From NCBI GenBank assembly GCA_963662405.2, contig CAXXKT010000003.1, positions 320,001 through 384,000 of the forward strand: a stretch of DNA of 64,000 nucleotides, written 5' to 3'. The notes under the pieces were generated by a model. It had not been told where the DNA came from, searched no databases, and saw only the letters and a list, made by a program, of their open reading frames with translations. Shown here piece by piece: positions 61,872 through 64,000 of the stretch. This DNA is from Syntrophales bacterium (GTDB lineage Bacteria > Desulfobacterota > Syntrophia > Syntrophales > UBA2210). Each line of letters starts with the position of its first letter. The stretch's first letter is position 1. The position numbers and the translations under genes are program-made.

Positions 61872-63811
61872 CGATGATCGATCACGTGGAAGAAAAACTG
61901 AGGCTGCTGAAACCGATCCTCCCCCGGAAACAGTGGGAGTATCTCAGGATCAGCCATGCCCTGGAAAAGAACCAAAGGAAGCGCTTCGAGATAGAGAGCC
62001 TCATGGACTCCCTGATCGCCAAACATGTGCCGGGCCTCCGGATGGACGAGATCCTCCTGCCGCCGCCTGATGAGAATCTGCTTTCCGGCGACTGCCCCAT
62101 CGGCCGGACCGTCTATCCCAACAGTTCAGATTCCGTCTTCGGCATCCGGGACGGGGAGTGGATCAAACACTGCGGCATCTTCGGCAAGACCGGAAGCGGG
62201 AAGACCACACTCATGGTGCGGATACTGAAAGACCTCTGCGACAAGGACAGGCCCTTTCTGATCTTCGATTACAAACGCAACTACCGGGACCTCCTGAAGC
62301 ATCCCGATTTCGAGAAGAGCGACATCATGATCTTCACCGTGGGCCGGAAAGACGTGGTTCCCTTCCAGTTCAATCCCAAGGCGGGTCCCGAGGGCGTGGA
62401 AGGATATGTCTGGATCAAGCAGCTCGCCCAGATCATCGAGAAGGTGTATCTGCTGGGGCCCGGCGCCAACGACGTCTTCATGGAAAGCGCCGGTCTCGAT
62501 ACCTTCAAGGAGATGCAGGACAAGGTCCTGAAGCAGCGGAAAAAGGCGCGAGAGCTCCTCTGGTGGGCCAGCGTCAAGAGGACCCTGAACGCCATCAATT
62601 ATCCGGGACTGGGCGAAGTGGTCAACTGCCGGCAGGGATACCCCATCCCGGAGCTTTTGACAAAGAAGGTCATCTTGGAACTGGACGGCCTTTCCGATTC
62701 CGATCAGGCCTTCATCATCGGCAGCCTGCTCCTCTGGATCTACCACTACCGTATGCGGCAGCCCGAACGGGAGACGCTGAAGCACTTCATCATCATCGAA
62801 GAGGCCCACCACCTGTTTTTACAGACCAGGAAGGAAGAAGACATTGCAGATATCATCATGAGGGAGATCCGCGAGCTGGGCGAGGCGATCATCGTCATCG
62901 ACCAGCACCCCAGCAAGATGTCCGTGAGCGCCCTGGGGAACCTTTCCACCAAATTCGCCCTGACCCTGTCCCTCAACCAGGATGTGGCATCCCTGGCCAA
63001 TGCCATGCTCCTGGGAAAGGACGAACGGCGGTATCTCGCCATGCTGACCCTGGGGCAGTGCATCTGCCGTTCCGATCGTTTCCCCTGGCCGATCCTGCTT
63101 GCCATCGACAACTATCCCCTTCAAAAGGGCGCGGTCACCGATGAAGACCTGAAGACGCGCATGGCCGGGTATTTGGAGCATTTGACCCCGGAAAACCCTT
63201 CAATGAGCCCACAAAGGGATATTCACGGTATTCAGAGCCAGGAAACACTCTCCCCCCTGGGGCGGATCGTACTGGAAAACATCGAGCTCAAACCCTTCAT
63301 CGGCTTTGTCAGGCGCTTCAGAGACTTGGGGCTCACCATCCCCGATGGCTACAAGGTAATTGAAGAATTGACCGCCATGGGGCTGATCGTTCCCCTGACC
63401 ATCGACGGCCAGCGGCTCTACGAACTGAGCCGGAAGGGAAGAGACGCCCTGGGAAAAAAGGTTTTCCACAAGGGCCGGGGCGGTCTCGAACACCGCTACT
63501 ATATCGAAAAGATCAAGGACCATTACCTGAAGGAAGGAGGATTCACCTTCCTGGAAAAGGACGATATCGACATCGTCATCGAAAAGGTCGATCGCACCCT
63601 CGCCATCCAGATGGAGACCGGGAAATCCGACATCCAGGCGAACCTCTTGAAACTCGGCCGGTACCGAGCGGACTTCAAATACAGCCTCGCCACCAACCGG
63701 GAGACAGAGGTACTCATCCGGGACATCCTGAAACAGAACTTCCTGCCCGACCGGGAACGGATCCAGGTCGCCTTTGTCAAAGAGTTCCTCCGATCCCCTC
63801 CCAAACTGTAA
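61868..63811 (+). CDS. HerA/VirB4-like (DUF87-type) ATPase with C-terminal wHTH and nuclease-like tail
   Basis: KHCGIFGKTGSGKT, IEEAHH, REIRELGE, IDQHPS; tail GRGGLEH...DIDI...AIQMETG. Confidence 0.85.
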   Translation: MTMIDHVEEKLRLLKPILPRKQWEYLRISHALEKNQRKRFEIESLMDSLIAKHVPGLRMDEILLPPPDENLLSGDCPIGRTVYPNSSDSVFGIRDGEWIKHCGIFGKTGSGKTTLMVRILKDLCDKDRPFLIFDYKRNYRDLLKHPDFEKSDIMIFTVGRKDVVPFQFNPKAGPEGVEGYVWIKQLAQIIEKVYLLGPGANDVFMESAGLDTFKEMQDKVLKQRKKARELLWWASVKRTLNAINYPGLGEVVNCRQGYPIPELLTKKVILELDGLSDSDQAFIIGSLLLWIYHYRMRQPERETLKHFIIIEEAHHLFLQTRKEEDIADIIMREIRELGEAIIVIDQHPSKMSVSALGNLSTKFALTLSLNQDVASLANAMLLGKDERRYLAMLTLGQCICRSDRFPWPILLAIDNYPLQKGAVTDEDLKTRMAGYLEHLTPENPSMSPQRDIHGIQSQETLSPLGRIVLENIELKPFIGFVRRFRDLGLTIPDGYKVIEELTAMGLIVPLTIDGQRLYELSRKGRDALGKKVFHKGRGGLEHRYYIEKIKDHYLKEGGFTFLEKDDIDIVIEKVDRTLAIQMETGKSDIQANLLKLGRYRADFKYSLATNRETEVLIRDILKQNFLPDRERIQVAFVKEFLRSPPKL

Positions 63812-63968
63812 CCCTCCAGTCACTTCATCATTTCACCTCCTCATGCTCACCGAAAGAATGCACCGGCTGCGGATGACTATTGCAGCGGCAGGCGCACCGT
63901 GCATTTCACTTAAAAACCCATCAGGCAGATAACAGACCACAGCGATATGGAATTGCCGTCCGGAATAC

Positions 63969-63995
63969 CCGTCTCCTTCGGGAGGCGGTTTTTTT
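63969..63995 (+). terminator. Rho-independent terminator
   Basis: ccgtctcc-ttcg-ggaggcgg followed by T7. Confidence 0.85.
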
Positions 63996-64000
63996 GTAGC

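Overview
Bacterial DNA, probably from a deltaproteobacterium/Desulfobacterota-like host (inferred from gene style only). The first ~3.9 kb is host chromosome: an MFS transporter start, a secreted beta-propeller protein and a hypothetical gene. A 3' fragment of tRNA-Glu at 3968-4012 marks the att boundary of a large integrated island that runs off the right end of the window. The island has five parts. (i) An IS200-interrupted primase-helicase gene and hicAB. (ii) A ~27 kb, partly decayed stress cargo with three sigma-54 promoters (CsbD, FtsH, cyclic beta-1,2-glucan synthase, PAS-sigma54 activator, BON proteins, SPFH, GroES/EL, Hsp20), bracketed by related IS200 copies and a 72-bp direct repeat. 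(iii) A backbone with ParA/ParB, a replication-relaxation protein and a hairpin-rich region. (iv) A nine-gene minus-strand operon with E1 (ThiF), E2, a JAB protease, a Zn-finger repeat protein, a Ser/Thr kinase-Sel1 protein, a WD40 protein ending in Gly-Gly and a HerA-like ATPase, but no recognisable ubiquitin-like protein or CD-NTase. (v) An archaeal-type Orc1/Cdc6 initiator next to inverted ORB-like boxes around an AT-rich tract, followed by an AbrB-Doc TA pair, an IHF gene, a PD-(D/E)XK nuclease and a second HerA-like ATPase. Parts (iv) and (v) are the best candidates for undescribed biology. All family calls are by eye from motifs; no searches were run.
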